Shown in pieces: positions 61,550-64,000 of a stretch of 64,000 nucleotides of DNA. Location of the stretch: positions 1,302,001 through 1,366,000 of the forward strand of contig CP110440.1 in NCBI GenBank assembly GCA_026914245.1. The letters are read 5' to 3'. Made by a program: the position numbers and the translations under genes. Within the stretch, counting starts at the first letter, position 1. Every line of letters starts with the position of its first letter. The notes under the pieces were generated by a model, which ran no database searches, was not told where the DNA came from, and saw only the letters and a program-made list of their open reading frames with translations. This stretch comes from Puccinia triticina. Lineage: Eukaryota.

Positions 61550-64000
61550 TGTTGTGACTCGGGAACAGGTCCATAGAGATGGCAAACGGGTACCCGCGCG
61601 GCGGTACCCGGCACCCGCCGGCGGGTACTCATCAGGGTGGCGGGTACCGCCGCCGCGGGTGCCAAGTACGGGTACGGGTGTCCGTTTTTGTGCAATTTTT
61701 AGGCGGGTACCCGGGTACCGCCGTTTGATACCCGCCATGTGGATGTCCCCGCCCCCCTGTCCTATGTGATATCCCCGTGGCCGAGAGAGTTCCCTCTCGG
61801 AGAGCTGGTGCATGTATATCAGCCCAGCCTCTTGGCGAGCTGGTAAATACATGTACACATGCTTGCCAAGAGGGAAAACTGGTATGCACACACCAGCTCG
61901 CCGAGAGGGATTCCTCTCGGCGAGCAGCCTCTTGGCGAGCAGGTATTCACACACCAGCTCGCCGGGAGGAATCCCTCTCGGCGAGCAGGTATACACACAC
62001 CAGCTCGCCGAGAGGGATTCCTCTCGGCGAGCAGGTATACATATACCAGCCCAAGAGGGATCCCTCTCGGCGAGCAGGTATACATATACCAGCTCGCAGC
62101 CCCCGAGAGGAATCCCTCTGGGCAAGCTAGTGAATGTACCTGCTCGCCAAGAGGGATCCCTCTTGGGCACCGGCGAGCTGGTATATGTATACCTGCTCGC
62201 CAAGAGGAATCCCTCTCGGCGAGCTGGTGTGTGTATACCTGCTTGCCGAGAGGAATCCCTCTTGGCGAGCTGGTGTGTGTATACCAGTGCTCGCCGAGAG
62301 GAATCCCTCTTGGCGAACCGGTGTTGTGTATACCAGTGCTCGCCGAGAGGAATCTCTCTCGGCGAGCTGGTATGTATACTTGCTCACCGAGATGAATCCC
62401 CTCTCGGCGGCAGGTATACGGATACCAGCTCGCCGAGGCCCAAGAGAGATTCCTCTCGGTGAGCAGGTACATACCTACAAAAAATAACTTGGCAGGTACC
62501 GCCGGTACCCGCCAAAAATACCCGGGTACCGCCGCCGCGGGTGCCAAGTACGGGTACGGGTATCTGTTTTGGGCCAAAAAAGCAGGCGGTACCCGGACAC
62601 GCGGCGGGTACCCGGGTACCGATTGCCATCTCTAGAACAGGAGTGACAAGGTTGGTTCGTATTGACAAGGTCTCAGCCCGGACAGAGGTCCGGGATGAAG
62701 TAGATACGACTGCGGCGAGTGACAGAGTGCGTAGCCCTCTGGGCTACAACACCCCCCCTCTCGCCGTAGACGTGGTACTACGTACAAGAGCAAACAACTG
62801 AAAGTGAAAGACAACAAATAGAAGCAAGAAAAAAGAAAAAAAAAACATGAAACAAATAGAGGCAAGATGACCGAGATAGAAAAAAAAATCACAAATGAAG
62901 TGAAAAAGAAGAAAAAAACATCATAGAGAAAAAAAAATATAAACTAGGAGCCCTTAATCCTATCTCTCTGGGATGCAAAACTCTCAGGCGGCATGCATTT
63001 GGTAAAAATGTTGGCGAGTTGATCTCTGGTCCCAACCCATTGAAGCTCCGTCTTCTTTTGGAATAATGCCTCATTGGTTATATAAAAGTCCGGGTCCGTG
63101 TGACGCGTTCTCTTGTTGGACGCATTGTCCGTGGCAACCCTGATTGCTGACTGGTTATTGCAAAAGAGATGACCTACAAAATCTATCTTTAGCACGTCCC
63201 TTAAGAGATGCCAAACCCACAGGGTCTGACGGGTTGCTACGCCCAACGCCATATACTCAGCATGGCAAGTCGATGATGCCACCGACTGCTGCCTGCGTGA
63301 TACCCAGAGAACTGGACAATTAAGAAACAAGATTAGTACTCCGTATGATGACCGTGGGAATTCTCCTCCCCAAGACGCATCTGCAAAAGTCTTTATTTGT
63401 TTAGCATCACTTTTTGGAAAAATAAATAGGCACTGATCCTTGCTGCCTGCCAGATAATTCACAAGATGTCTTACTCCTTTCCAGTGTGCTGGGCCTGGTT
63501 TTGCCGCAAACCTTGCAAGATAATTCACCGCAAAACAGATGTCCGGTTGAGTCCCTACCGCCAGGTAGCTAAAAGACCCTATGACAGAGAGGTATTTTCC
63601 TGAGTCCGCCGCGATTCCGTTCTCGTCCGTCGTGGCATTGAAACCTGCTGGCAGAGGTTTTGAAGCCGTGGCAATGCCATCCCAGTGTTTGTCTAGGATC
63701 CCAGCCACTAGTTCTTTCTGAAATAACTCGAAGCCGCGAGCCGATCGCAAGACATTGAGCCCTACAATGGATTCAATGTCGTGGGACCATTTTATCTTCA
63801 AGATGTCTTTGAAATCGGCTTCTAGTTTCTTCAGGAGCGCCGGACTGGATGCCGTGACAACACCGTTGTCCACGTGAAGCCACACAACACCCGCTTCGTC
63901 TGGATGTTGGAGAATGTACAAGCTATTGTCATATTGCGAAGGAGAATAGCCAAATTTGTCTAGGACCGCTTTTAAGTGTAGCCACCAGCAGCGCGCTGCT
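61550..64000 (-). mobile_element. Second Ty1/copia element, 3' part (RT/RNase H, PPT, interrupted 3' LTR 61550-62751); runs off the window
   Basis: ORF 62944-63921: WLHVDN, FADASWGG, SSTCHAEY, QLANIFTK (degenerate); PPT GAGGGGGGG; LTR TGTTGT...ACAACA. Confidence 0.88.
61574..62634. mobile_element. hAT-like MITE with internal palindromic repeat array, inserted in a copia LTR
   Basis: TIR TAGAGATGGCAA / TTGCCATCTCTA; GGGTACCCG subterminal repeats; core of CTCGCCGAGAGG(A/G)ATYCCTCTCGGCGAG units; TSD not clean. Confidence 0.75.

Noticed and set aside
61307..62668. Many overlapping long ORFs and a CRISPR-like look of palindromic repeats
   Set aside because: ORFs arise from stop-poor repeats; spacers are themselves repeated, there are no cas genes, and the context is eukaryotic

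Overview
Eukaryotic, intron-rich genomic DNA, most consistent with a rust fungus (Pucciniales; inferred from intron style, gene content and TE types). The left ~29 kb holds host genes: kynureninase, a UBR7/Mlo2-like protein, neutral trehalase, an intron-containing tRNA-Pro(AGG), and two diverged paralogues of a large putatively secreted protein. It also holds a young full-length Ty1/copia element. The right ~35 kb is a nest of transposons. Its main feature is four non-autonomous Helitron-like elements of one family (30179-34055 +, 34902-38749 -, 38828-40822 -, 42175-58650 +). They share a 5' end (A|TCCAARTWTATTAAAG), a ~450-bp 5' module ending in a TATA-like box, and a 3' hairpin + CTAG|T end, but each carries different cargo. 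Cargo includes fragments of DBR1, UTP4, a kinesin, a tyrosine recombinase and unidentified ORFs. Two of the four A|T, TSD-free insertion sites are confirmed by an intact copy of the target foldback element in the same window. Also present: a full-length Gypsy with an antisense spliced ORF, a solo LTR, several MITEs, a Harbinger transposase remnant and a second, partial copia. All calls were made by eye, with no database searches.
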